DNA of 63,946 nucleotides, filler included, from Octopus bimaculoides (taxonomy: Eukaryota), in NCBI RefSeq assembly GCF_001194135.2. It is 8 parts of 8 records of this genome, joined end to end, with 100 filler letters (N's around TTAATTAATTAA, not from the genome) between each part and the next. Parts side by side here need not be neighbours in the genome. Positions count along the whole stretch, not along the records: positions 1 to 10,972 come from NC_068993.1; positions 11,073 to 26,410 come from NC_068981.1; 6 more parts are not named here. One strand, given 5' to 3'. This document shows, one piece after another, positions 1 through 11,760 of this stretch. Each line of letters begins with the position of its first letter. The stretch's first letter is position 1. The translations under genes and the position numbers were made by a program. The notes beneath the pieces are model-generated. The model made no database searches, had not been told where the DNA came from, and was given only the letters and a program-made list of their open reading frames with translations.

Positions 1-152
1 ATATAAACATACAAGTCTGCACATATACACACATACAAAAATACCCTGTTGATGTTGAAATTCCTATGAAAGAGCCTTCGATCTAGGTAAGAAACTGGCT
101 CTTTCTCTATTGGCAAGAAATCTTGAAATAAAACTGAATAATGACATACATA
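1..152 (+). mobile_element. 3' UTR fragment of R4/Dong-like non-LTR retrotransposon
   Basis: Aligns by eye to 13430-13600 (aaaataccctgttg...gaaactgaataatgacatac), which directly follows the R4-like ORF end. Confidence 0.7.
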
Positions 153-597
153 GTTACATAAGTAGTAGCATGAAGCAGTGATGAGAAATAAAAAAACTTT
201 AGGTCAGTTCAAATATGTTTTTGACATACCTTAACTTCTAAAGGCAATTTCACTGCTTCATGCGAGTACTGAAGTATTTGTTCAGAATGCACAGTCTACA
301 AGTTCGAATCAGTCGCTGGTATTGACTGATCCATTATAAAGCTACAGTTTTCTGTCAGCTCAGGGTTACCTCTCTTTGGTGTCCCCTACTGAATATGGCA
401 TATTAAGCCAGAAGTGTGTCTAAGGGTCCAATAGTAGGTGTGCCATGAACTGATAATCATGTTTTAACACCTTTTGCCAGAAGCAAGAATTTTTCTCCTC
501 AGTAATCTGCAGTGAAATTACTTTCAGAAATTAAAATAAGTGAAATGTATTTGGACTAATCTGAAGGTTTGTGTTTGTGTGTGTGTGTGTGTGTGCT

Positions 598-1700
598 TGA
601 AAAGAAAGTAACTTCGGTTTTTTAGTGTGAAATAAAAGCCATTTTTTTTCATACAAAGAATGAACTTTAATCAATTATATATCTTCCATTTTCATTGATG
701 GTTTTTGCCATCTTTCTGGCAACTTCATAATTCCACACTCATAGAATTTCTGGTCCTTATCTGTAAAAAAATGGTGGATGTGACATTACTTCCAACCATG
801 CTCCAACAATTTTTCACGAGTTAGGAAAGACTTGTGTGGTCTAGTGTTGTCATGGTGGAACACAATCCCTTTATGATTTGCCAATTCTGGCCATTTTTCT
901 ATGATTGCTCCCTCCAGTTTCATTAGTTGTTGACAGTAAACATCTGAATTGATCATTTGGTTCCTTGGAAGCAGCTGAAAATACACATCACCTTTGTAAT
1001 CCCACCAAATTAACAGTATGACCCTTTTTTTAATGCAATTTAACTTCTGATGAGGTTTGTGCTAGTTCATTACACTTGGACCATGATCGTTTTCAATTGA
1101 TGTTATTGTAGACAATCCATTTTTCATCAGCATTGATGATTTGTTTCAAAACAAGGTTGATTTCATTGTTTGAGATGCATATTGCAAATATTTATTTGTT
1201 GTGTTAAGTGAATCTCTTTCAATTTATGTGGAACCCAAATATCGAGTCTAAGACATTTTAAGTGATTTTACAGTTGTTGTGTGTGATATATTTAACCTCT
1301 CTGCAATCTCTTGCACAGTTTTGTAACAATCAGATTCAGTTATGGCTTTGATTTGGTCATCATCAACTTCAGTAAGTCGACCAGAATGTTGGTCATCTTT
1401 GAGTGAAAAATCTCCAGAATGAAATTTTTAAAACTATTTCTGACATGTGCATTCTAAGCAATCAACACCATAAACTTCACATATTTCTTTGTGAGCCTCA
1501 GCAGCTTTCTTGTCTTTATAGAAATAAAAAAAGTAAAATATGATGAAAATGTTCGTTTTTTGCACTCCATGTTAAAATTGACACTGAACTAACAGCTGTA
1601 AACAAAATTACGTGCAATTTGCTTCTAAAGTAAGCTAAAATGTCAAATGTCAAAAGGAAAAAATCATAACATTGACTAAAGTCATTCTAGAATATTGTAA
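598..1700 (-). mobile_element. Decayed near full-length mariner transposon
   Basis: Minus-strand translation starts at an ATG at 1570 (MECK..EHFHHILLF..KAAEAHKEICEVYG). It continues through KFHSGDFSLKD and the catalytic-domain motif FHHDNTRPH (HDNARPH-like), with stops and frameshifts. Confidence 0.9.
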
Positions 1701-1809
1701 CTATCNNNNNNNNNNNNNNNNNNNNNNNNNNNNNNNNNNNNNNNNNNNNNNNNNNNNNNNNNNNNNNNNNNNNNNNNNNNNNNNNNNNNNNNNNNNNNNN
1801 NNNNNNNNA

Positions 1810-2015
1810 TATATAAGAAATAATTGAGATTCATTTGAATTAGGTACTTAAGTTGAAGCACCAAGTCAGTCTGGTATTATCTGCACAGCTCGAAGTAAGG
1901 TGAATAAAATCAAAATAAGCAACAGGATATCAAGAAGTGTTGCAGTACAACCATTTCAAGCAGCTCCATTTAATTGAACAATGCAATCATTACATCAATT
2001 TAAATGCAGTGCTAT
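1810..2015 (+). repeat. Unclassified interspersed repeat starting at a (TA)n tract (copy 1)
   Basis: gaattaggtacttaagttgaagcacc...aatgcaatcattacatcaattt recurs at 42725-42955 (+) and 63715-63920 (-). Confidence 0.75.
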
Positions 2016-2165
2016 CATCAGCTGCACAAATAAATAAATAGAAATTTAACCAGTTGGATACATTAATATAATTGTTTTCTCAAATACTTTAACAGAACAA
2101 GAAGATGCAAGAAATTCATGTTGTCACTATTGTAGCAAAGAATAGACTATTCAGTAGCAACAACT

Positions 2166-2338
2166 GATGCTGATGTGTTTACGTCCCCGTAACTTAGCGG
2201 TTCGGCAAAAGAGACCAATAGAATAAGTACTAGGTTTACAAAGAATAAATCCTGGGGTTGATTTGCTCGACTAAAGGCAATGTTCCAGTATGGCCGCAGT
2301 CAAATGACTGAAACAAGTAAAAGAGAGTAAAAAGAGTA
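2166..2338 (+). mobile_element. SINE family A, 3' half
   Basis: gtgtttacgtccccgtaacttagcggttcggcaaaagagacc...gtcaaatgactgaaacaagtaaaagag is shared with more than 10 copies in the window. Confidence 0.9.
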
Positions 2339-2489
2339 TATATATATATATATATTATCCAAAATATATAGTATTATATATAAATCACAGCTGATACTAT
2401 ATATTTCGGATAATATACCCACTCTATTGACAGATATATGAATGCATCTATTCCCTGACTTACGGTCTCTTAGACAACTCATGCATGTA

Positions 2490-3961
2490 TATACACGGTG
2501 CCATGTTATATTTTCAATTTCACACTTGTGCATTGTTTGTTTTTGATTTTGTCGACTACACAATATAGTAGGGTCAGTTGGGCACCTTCTGTGAGAGAAA
2601 CAGCACCATGACACAATTCACTCTACCAGACATTTGTAAACAACATGCTATACTACTTGGCATTTGTGCTGGAAGCTCCAATATGAACATTTCAGAGTGT
2701 TTGAGTGTCAATCTGAGGATTCGGAAAGAGTTAGATGAGTCTTAATGGTGATTACAAAGGTACAGCAGCTGGGAAAACTCACTCTAATTGTTCTGATTAT
2801 AAAAGAACTCCTGAGTTTTGTTGGTGAGATCCAGGCCATGATTGACAATGGTCCCTCCAAGTAAATCAGGTCCATTGCCATGGAAACATGAATGTGTGAG
2901 TTTCTTCTCGGGCAGGTACAACATGAAAACATTTGGTATTCCTCATACAAGATGAGAAAGGGCCGATTTTTATCCCAAGCCATTAAGAACAAGAGGAAAG
3001 ATCGCACTACGAAGCTTTTGAACAAAGTCAAGCATCCCTTCCAACCAGACATGCTTTGGTTTTTCTCAGATGAGAAAAATTCCTGCCAGGATCAGATGGT
3101 GAACACACAGAACAACCATTGGTTTGCTGTGTCCCCAAAACATGTACATAGAATGATAAAAATAAAACATCCAGTCAACATCATGGTGTTTGGAGTGATC
3201 ACTAGTGATGGCGATGTTATGCCTCCATTCATCTTCCCACATGGCGTCACACTCAACATGGAGGCCTACATCCAGTACATGGAGGAGGTAGTGCTGCCCT
3301 GGGTCAAGAGGGTGGCTGCTGGAAGACCCTATATTTGGCAACAGGATTCTGCACCATGCCACACAAGCAGGTGAACCCCGTCATAGCTCTCAGACAATTT
3401 CTTCAAGCACATCACCCCTAACATCTTGCCACCTGGAACTGGAACTGGCTGTATCTTTGTGGTCAGTGGCTAGACCTTAAAAGGTCTGGAACCAAAGACT
3501 CTGGAACAAGGAGAAGCTGAGTTTTTATAAGGAGCTGTAGGCTCAAAACAGGGTGGTAAACAGACTGTCCCATGTGATTCTATTTAGAGCCTCCAACTGG
3601 TTATATGCGGTAAGTGGCACAATCTAGTAAGAGACAAGTTGTACCAATACCAACAAATCAGAGTAGTGGACACAATGGGATCCAAACAGCAGCCAAAGGC
3701 TAGCTATTCCCTGCTACATTCGAATGCACGTATATATAATAAATGGGAGAGTGGAATTTCACCTGAGTGTACGAGACCATCCAGAAGAGTTGCAGAAGAT
3801 TCTGAAGTCGTCTCGAGGCTGTGGCTGAAGCCAATGGCGATTTTATTGAATAAATTTACTCTTTAGTATTTCAAGATATTTTTATGTAATTTTGGTAAAT
3901 ATATCTGTTAAAATGAGACGTCAGTGTTATTTTCATTTTTGTGTAATTTAGATGTACCCTG
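2490..3961 (+). mobile_element. maT/DD37D-like Tc1-mariner transposon relic (family 1) containing a ~325 bp foreign insert
   Basis: ORF 2892-3374 carries WFFSDEK, VFGVITSDG and WQQDSAPCH. The C-terminus ETIQK..SRLEAVAEANGDFIE* lies at about 3775-3850, and the element ends in TACCCTG followed by TA repeats. Confidence 0.9.
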
Positions 3962-3989
3962 TGTATGTATATATATATATATATATACA

Positions 3990-4773
3990 CAGGGTGCCTA
4001 AGATATTTGAGGACAGATATATGTTTATAAAAAAAAAAACAGATATATAATAACAAATAATAACTTTATTTATCAAAAAATGCTATGAGGATAAAAATAA
4101 ACCTTTTCTACAATGTTAGTCAACAAAGCCACTTTCAGCTTCAACAACTGCTTCTATATGAGATCTAAATCATCTACATGCTCGAATCAAGTGGTTCTGG
4201 TTCATTTTGGACATTACTCTGACTATGGCAGCTTTAAAAGAATCTTTGGTGTTATGGGCATATTCATTGACCTCTCTCTCAACAACGCTCCACATGTAAT
4301 AGTCAAATGGATTGAGATCTGAAGAATTAGGAGGTCAAATGTTAGGGGTTATGTGATCATGAAAATTTTCAACCATCCATTCCTGTTACTAGAACCATGT
4401 GTGATAATGCAGAGTCTTAGTGAAACACATATGCCCTTCCATTGTATAAATTGTCTATCCAGGGCTTAATATTTATTTCCAGGACCTCAATGTAGGCAAC
4501 AGAGTTAACTTTACTGACAACCCTTAAAACCATGATAGTTGCAGGAAATTTTGTATGCATAACACTTGGAACTTCAGAAGGGTTTGCACATAACCATCTG
4601 TCATTTCTTCTGTTAACTTTTTGATCTTGGTCGAAGATTTTCTCATTTGAGAAAAACCAAATCAAATCTTCTTCTGCTGGATTTTTCAGTTTGTTTAGGA
4701 GCCTTTTAGATCTGATGTAGTGATTTTCTTTTGCTTTTTCTTCAGTCACCAGCAGTTCAGACCAGATAACCAA
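3990..4773 (-). mobile_element. maT/DD37D-like transposon relic (family 2)
   Basis: Translation LLNKLKNPAEEDLIWFFSNEK..DQKVNRRNDRW; terminal CAGGGTG at 3990; second copy at 57407-58451. Confidence 0.9.
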
Positions 4774-4904
4774 TGAAAAAACCCTTTGTTTATCCTAATC
4801 TAATTTAACAAGAAAAATACAAATACAGAACCCAAATACAATTCTTCCTCTCTCTGTACCTATCATTTACCAGAGGAGCTTCTCTCTCTTTTACCTGGCC
4901 CCCT

Positions 4905-5070
4905 TACTAAAGAAGTTTCAAACTCCACATATGGAGTTTGAAATCTAATGCAATACCACATGTGATAAAGTGGAAAATAATTGAAAAAAATCCACACCTT
5001 ATGTTAATGACTTAAATAAATGTAAACTATGTTTAGCTGAAAAAGCTCAAATCCTTTTCAGATCCCTAAC
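4905..5070 (+). mobile_element. Penelope-like element, GIY-YIG endonuclease C-terminal fragment
   Basis: HIWSLKSNAIPHVIKWKIIEK, a frameshift, then TPYVNDLNKCKLCLAEKAQIL. This matches the W..I..Y..C.LCL.EK motif typical of Penelope endonucleases. Confidence 0.75.
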
Positions 5071-5576
5071 TCACTACTGATCACTAGGTATGAAGCTTTC
5101 AGCAGCAGTGCTCCAGCATAGCCACAGTTAAATGACTAAAACAAATAAAAGAATATGTCTAAGCACATTTTGAAGAATTGGAAAATTTGGGCTATACTTG
5201 ATTAGCATGTTAATATCTTTCCAGCCATATAATTTAAGGTCTAAGAAGGATAACTCTTTTACCTTTTACTTTTTACTTTTTCATTTTCCATTCTTTTACT
5301 TTCCACCTTTTCTATATGCTTCCTTCTCAACTTTTCGCATTTCTTCTCTCATTCAATTTTCAGCTCAAAATGATATGTGGTTTGTGCCTGATGAATATGT
5401 TTGAGCTTTTCACAACATATGAAACTATTAGTAGCACATAAAAGCATGTATTGTGTCAATTAAATAATATTCATCTCTAACTAGATTGAGTACTTTTTTG
5501 TTGATCTTACCATCAAAGAATGGTACATTTTATATATACACACTCATACACACACACACACACACATATATATATA

Positions 5577-5618
<42 letters not shown>

Positions 5619-6127
5619 NNNNNNNNNNNNNNNNNNNNNNNNNNNNNNNNNNNNNNNNNNNNNNNNNNNNNNNNNNNNNNNNNNNNNNNNNNNNNNNNNN
5701 NNNNNNNNNNNNNNNNNNNNNNNNNNNNNNNNNNNNNNNNNNNNNNNNNNNNNNNNNNNNNNNNNNNNNNNNNNNNNNNNNNNNNNNNNNNNNNNNNNNN
5801 NNNNNNNNNNNNNNNNNNNNNNNNNNNNNNNNNNNNNNNNNNNNNNNNNNNNNNNNNNNNNNNNNNNNNNNNNNNNNNNNNNNNNNNNNNNNNNNNNNNN
5901 NNNNNNNNNNNNNNNNNNNNNNNNNNNNNNNNNNNNNNNNNNNNNNNNNNNNNNNNNNNNNNNNNNNNNNNNNNNNNNNNNNNNNNNNNNNNNNNNNNNN
6001 NNNNNNNNNNNNNNNNNNNNNNNNNNNNNNNNNNNNNNNNNNNNNNNNNNNNNNNNNNNNNNNNNNNNNNNNNNNNNNNNNNNNNNNNNNNNNNNNNNNN
6101 NNNNNNNNNNNNNNNNNNNNNNNNNNN

Positions 6128-6410
6128 CTTTTTGACTTGCGGACCCCTTTATATTTCAGGCTTTACCTTAGGGACCCCCTTATAAACGCTTATGAAATTT
6201 ATACATAAATATTTGCTTAAAATAACATATATTTTTACATTTATTTATTTAACAGTATTTAACAAATAGGTTTATTGTCAATTAAAAGATTTCGATTAAA
6301 AAACATATATAAAATCAAATTGCCCATGAAAAGTATTTGCTGTCCACGGGCCCCCTGTCTTGTCCTTGCGGACCCCCTGTGGTCCGCGGACCACAGTTTG
6401 AAAACCCCTG
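6128..6410. mobile_element. One end of a non-autonomous hAT (Charlie-like) element
   Basis: Ends ggtccgcggaccacagtttgaaaacccctg (reverse complement CAGGGGTTTTCAAACTG) with repeated gcggacccc subterminal motifs. The other end is in the gap. Confidence 0.65.
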
Positions 6411-7069
6411 CTCTAGCACAATATAATTGAGAAGAAAATTTACATCAGTTTATGCAAAGGCAATTTTAAAAGCTGCCATGTAAACCACGTTCTTTCTGAT
6501 ACACTGATAAAAATAAAGCCACTAAGTTGGCTAGCCATGTATGGGATCTGAAGATCAACTGCACACTATATACAATAAGTGGAGAATCATAGAGAAATCT
6601 ATGCCATGTTGTGGTGAAATCCTGACATCCCTGTCCTAAACCATATAAAGGTGCATGCACACTGTCAGTGAGGGGACAGTGTAGTGTGCACAGGTACTCT
6701 GTGAAGACAGTCATAGAAGAGATATTGTTTGTTACATGTTGTTTCTGATTTATATTTGTATTGTTATAACCTTGTTATAAGTCCAAGTTATAAAGTGGCA
6801 TATACAGTGAGTTCAAAGAAGGACATAACAGTATCAATGAGACATAACACTAGTGACGAGATAATTGAAGTTCACGGTGGATGTTCTTAGTATGGAAAAC
6901 CAATTAGCTTCTGTGGTTCAGTTGCAATGGTAACTACAACAACAACAAGAGCAGCAGCAACAATTGCAATGACAACTACAGCAGCAACAACAGAAACAGC
7001 AAGAACAGGTACAACAGCAACTACAACAAAACTAACAGTTGTTGCAATTATTGTTGCAGTCGGAAAGCA

Positions 7070-7370
7070 TTTCAGGTTCATTTTTGGCAGATGCAGTTGC
7101 TAATTCAAGTGAGGTAACATTTCATGGGAAAACTTTGAAGGCTAAATTTTTTGTATCAAAAAATACAATGAACCTTTTTGGTACAGACTGGATAGAATTG
7201 TTTAATTTATGCAATAATGTAAACAGTTATAATACCAGTTCAAATAAGGTGTTGGAAAATTTTTAAAAGAAATTAAAAAAGATTTTTCCTGATGTTTTTT
7301 TCAGAAGAATTAGGTAGATGCGCAAAATCAAAATTAGGTAGATGCACCAAATTTAAAATGCTTAAAACAT
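7070..7370 (+). mobile_element. Ty3/gypsy LTR retrotransposon pol fragment (protease-RT linker)
   Basis: GKTLKAKFFVSKNTMNLFGTDWIELFNL...KKIFPDVFSEELGR resembles the gypsy LxGxDW and FPxVF motifs. Confidence 0.7.
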
Positions 7371-7654
7371 GCCATAAGTCACAAGAGTATCACAATGATT
7401 CTATCAGGAATTGATAACTCATGGAAGGATCTCTATACAACTTCTAGGCTCTCTCCTTATCCACCATTTATTCCCTCTGCTTTTCTTCAGTTTATTGTCT
7501 CCTACTTTAAAAGACATTCCAGGCATCATTCCAACCATCTCATTACAGGAGGGCTACAATTATTGGATCAGTAAATCTAATATAAATCTAATTTGAATTC
7601 AGTTTAGAAAAATCATTTATTGATACATAATTTCTTTCAAATTTTGTGGACAAC

Positions 7655-8870
7655 ACAAGAATGGACTGGAGAGTTCATCAGCTGACTATGAAGGAGTGAT
7701 GCCAGAGCTGTAAAATCTTACATGCATTAATTTCAATTTTCCTTATTAATAGCTGCATTGTTTCTTTTCATGTAAACTGACATCTGACTGTTCAAAGAAC
7801 TCTTCAAAGGTAACTAGTAGCAACTTCTCTGAAAAATAGACAAAATTTGACATTGTGGTGTTATCAAGTACCTGCAGAAAAATGGTTTAGCCCCTAAGGA
7901 CATTCATGCTGACATGATTGCTACATTAGGGGATGATGCCCCAGCTTTCCCAACAGGGCAAAAGTGGGCAGCTGAATTTAAAAGGGGAATGGAGTGGCTA
8001 GAAGATCATCCTGCAACTACAGAGGAAAACATTGATTTATTATCCATGACTTTGTGGTGATGGATGACAAGTAATAGATTATGAATCAAATAGCCAATGC
8101 TTTTATTATATCCCATAAAATAATAAAGAATATTCTGAACAATGAACTTGGCATGACAAAGGATTTTTCTCAGTGGGTGCCATGTCGTCTGACACCTAAT
8201 CAAAGGTACACCAGGCTGATCACATCACAAGAAAATCTGACATTGTTTGAGGCAGTTCCAACTGGTTTCCTTGAACGTTTCCTAACAAATGAGTGTTGGA
8301 TTCACCACATTGAGCCAGAGACAAAGAGACAATCCATGAAATGGAAACACCTTACCTCATGTGCTCCAAAGAAGGCCAAGGTTGTTTCATCTGTTGGGAA
8401 GGTGATGGCCTCAGTTGTTTGGGATAGAAAAAGACATTCTGTTTACTGACTGTCTTCAAAAGGGCCACACTGTCAATGGAGAGTACTCTGCCATCTTGCT
8501 GAGGCAGTTACAAAAGGTTATCAAGACCAAACGGCCAGAAAAACTGAAGCAAGGGTTCTTGTTTCATCGGGACAATGCTCCATCACATGAGTCCTTGCTT
8601 TCAATGGCTACTGTGCGTGACTGTGGCTTTGAACTGGTTGATTACTCTCCCTATTCTCCTGATTTGGCCCCACTTGACTATCATCTCTGTTCCCCAACAT
8701 GAAAAAGCACTTGGCTGAGAATCAGTATTGTAATGATGATGATATCATTTCTGCTGCTGATGAGTTTCTGACCAACGGGATGAAAGCTTCTTCACCAATG
8801 GAATCCAAGCACTACAACACTGATGGAAGAAGTGTGAGGACCATAAGAGGGATTATCCTGAAAAATAAAA
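7655..8870 (+). mobile_element. Decayed mariner transposon (irritans/Himar-like)
   Basis: WVPCRL (WVPRxL), GKVMASVVWD, FHRDNAPSH and YSPDLAPLDY motifs across ORFs 8081-8449 and 8415-8702. Confidence 0.9.
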
Positions 8871-8871
8871 C

Positions 8872-9310
8872 ATAGGCATGACTGTATGGTAAGAAGCTAG
8901 ATCCAGGTGTGACTGTGTGATAAGAAGCTTGCTTCCCAACCACATGGTTCCAGGTTCAGTCCTATTGCATGGCAACTTGGGCAAGTGACTTCTACTGTAG
9001 CCTCGGGCTGACCAAAGCCTTATGAGTGGATTTGGTAGATGGAAACTGGAAGAAGCCCATTGTATATATATATATATATATNNNNNNNNNNNNNNNNNNN
9101 NNNNNNNNNTATATTTACATACATATATATTTGTGTGTCTGTGTTTGTCCCCCCACCATCGCTTGACAACCGATGTTGGTGTGTTTATGTCCCCATAGCT
9201 TAGTGGTTCAGCAAAAGAGACCAATAGTCCTGAGGTTGAGTTGTTCAACTAAAGGCGGTGCTCCAGCATGGCCACAGTCAAATGACTGAAACAAGTAAAA
9301 GAAATAAAAG
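8872..9310 (+). mobile_element. SINE family A, full length (tRNA-like head, CORE-like segment, internal microsatellite)
   Basis: A-box-like gtgactgtgtgataag, B-box-like ggttcagtcc, then cttgggcaagtg, an internal (TA)n and gap, and the gaaacaagtaaaag tail. Confidence 0.9.
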
Positions 9311-10112
9311 AAAATTTGATCACATTCCATGAGAGTATCTTGATCAGCCTATGAACTTTTCAGTCGACCCTCATAGTGTTATTGGTTGTAGATTTTTCAA
9401 TAATCCAGTCACAGAATCATTGTATTTATGATGTTGATAAGGGATCTTTTCTGAGATCTGGGCAAAACAAATAGCACAAAAAGTGCTTTTGTTTGAATAC
9501 ATTGGCTGATCACTTTTCTCAACAATGCTTAAATCTTTGGTCGATATACAAAAGCAGAAGATATGCAAACACAATACTGAAGGAAATGAAAGAAGTAATT
9601 CAAATGGGTCATTGATATCCAAGTTGCATTAAGGTCTTTGTGTGGAGGTTGGAGTGAACTAACTTCCATCCTCAATAAATTATTCTTTTACTGAAATTTC
9701 CTTTTCAGATAAAAACAGAGACAGGAAAACTTAATGACAACACTCAAGGAGAAGAGGAGACATTTTCCAGAAATTTTAGATAAATGTTAAATTTAATGTG
9801 CATCTAGTGCGAAGAACAATCTTATTTTTGTTTGCAGGCAGGGCCCACAATTGACACTTGTTTTGATCTATTTTATGACCTCATCATCATCATAATCTAG
9901 GCCTACCTTGCCTGCTGATTGGATTTTAGGCCTACATTGCTTGTTGATTGGATTTTACTTGTTTAAATCTTAAAAAATGATCTATTACATTTTTGGTCAG
10001 TAGTAATTTGAATGATTAATACCAAAAGAAGAAATATAACCCAAAGGGCCAATTTCATGAAATTGGACAGCAACTTAAGTGAGTAACAAATATGAAAAGT
10101 TAAACATGAAGA

Positions 10113-10148
<36 letters not shown>

Positions 10149-10411
10149 TGTCTGGTTTCCTGCTATTTGATTAAGATGATAAAGATTAAAAATAAAATAG
10201 TCATTTCGCCCTTTAAGAAAAAAGAATCAAGTTGACTCTTCAAAGAGTCGTTGTTTGTCTGTCCTTTTTCCTTTTTTACTTCCTTTAATCATTTATACAA
10301 CTTTCAGACGTGAAAGATAGAAATTCTCCCTATATTTTTGAATCATGAGTACTCTTTTACTCTTTTACTTGTTTCAGTCATTTGACTGCAGCCATGCATG
10401 TTAGCTACAAG

Positions 10412-10630
10412 AAAGCATTCCACTATAGGCACAAGACCTGAAATCTTATAGTAGCGGACTAGTCGATTGCATCAACCTCAGTGTTTTACTGGTACTTAAA
10501 ATATTGACCCCGAAAAGATGAAAGGCAATGTCGACCACGGCAGAATTTGATCCCAGATCGTAGCGACGGGCGAATTACCGCTATGGACTTCGTCCAGCGT
10601 GCTAATGATTCCGCAAGCTCACCGCCTTAA
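10412..10630 (-). mobile_element. SINE family B (tRNA-derived, Meta/Nin-like central domain)
   Basis: Reverse complement matches ggcggtgagct...gttagcacg...aaattc...gtcgac(t)ttgcctttcatc...ggggtc...aagtaccag; intact copies at 63197-63640. The domain name is from memory. Confidence 0.8.
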
Positions 10631-10683
10631 ATTTAGCTACAATAATAACCGCAAGAGCAACATCGGGAGCAATTTTAGTAACA

Positions 10684-10972
10684 ATACTCTTTTACTCTTT
10701 TATTTGTTTCAGTCATTTGACTGCGGCCATGCTGGAGCACCGCCTTTAGTCGAGTAAATCGACCCCAGGACTTATTCTTTGGAAGCCTAGTACTTATTCT
10801 ATCGGTCTCTTTTGCCGAACCGCTAAGTTACGGGGACATAAACACCGCCAGCATCGGTTGTCAAGCGATGTTGGGGGGATAAACACAGACACACAAACAT
10901 ATACACACACATACATATACATATATACGACGGGCTTCTTTCAGTTTCCGTCTACCAAATTCACTCACAAGG
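10684..10972 (-). mobile_element. SINE family A (truncated by gap)
   Basis: actcttttactctttt...gactgcggccatgctggagcaccgcctttagtcg...gggcttctttcagtttccgtctacc. Confidence 0.9.
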
Positions 10973-11072
10973 NNNNNNNNNNNNNNNNNNNNNNNNNNNN
11001 NNNNNNNNNNNNNNNNTTAATTAATTAANNNNNNNNNNNNNNNNNNNNNNNNNNNNNNNNNNNNNNNNNNNN
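10973..11072. other. Assembly spacer 44N-TTAATTAATTAA-44N (seven occurrences)
   Basis: Identical 100-nt layout starts at 10973, 26411, 30130, 32028, 34077, 45695 and 51363. Confidence 0.97.
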
Positions 11073-11094
11073 TATATATATATACATACATATA

Positions 11095-11136
<42 letters not shown>

Positions 11137-11384
11137 GTTGGAAATTAGACAGCCAACTGTAAATTTATTTGCTTGGACATTAGATTTTTCTGGATTTTTG
11201 TAAGAAAAAGGAAGAAAATCTTGAGTTTTCAGATACGTGAAAGGATACGTAGCAACGTTGAAGTATTTTTGAAAGGAGCTAAATAGTATATAAGGAAACT
11301 GAAATTTGGAACTGTAACTTCGACTTTCAGAGACAGCATATCAGCATAAAGCAATCATGTGACACATCTCGTAAGCTAGAATAT

Positions 11385-11760
11385 AACAACAGCATTCACA
11401 GGAAGATTTGCTTCTCCTGGACCTGTGATAGGTACATTACATCCCACCATTACGGATATGCTTTCGCTATCCAGAAACAAGAAATAGCCGGTATATATTT
11501 GATAAATAAGTAAGACGAAGATACCACCAAACCTCCACGTTGTAACGAAATAATATTGGCTTTGCTATACCAGTGTGGAAAATGTCACCTACATCATCAA
11601 CAGCTACCTCCAAATGTCTACAAGATACTACCTACCCTTGAGGCATGGCAAGTTGCAAAGACTATTTACAATGCTATCCGCAAGAAGGATTGCCATGACG
11701 TATAACTCAAAGATATGTCAGAACCAGCTGATCTTCACTACTTTAAAAACAAGGAACACT
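11385..11760 (+). mobile_element. R4/Dong-like retrotransposon internal fragment
   Basis: YAFAIQKQEI...ENVTYIINSYLQMSTRYYLPLRH is homologous to ITHIINSCPKMSSRYYLPMRH in ORF 46633-47439. Confidence 0.8.

Noticed and set aside
9709-9783. Good acceptor (ttccttttcag) followed by IKTETGKLNDNTQGEEETFSRNFR*
   Set aside because: There is no compatible open upstream exon and no recognisable homology; it does not match the expected dipeptidase exon.
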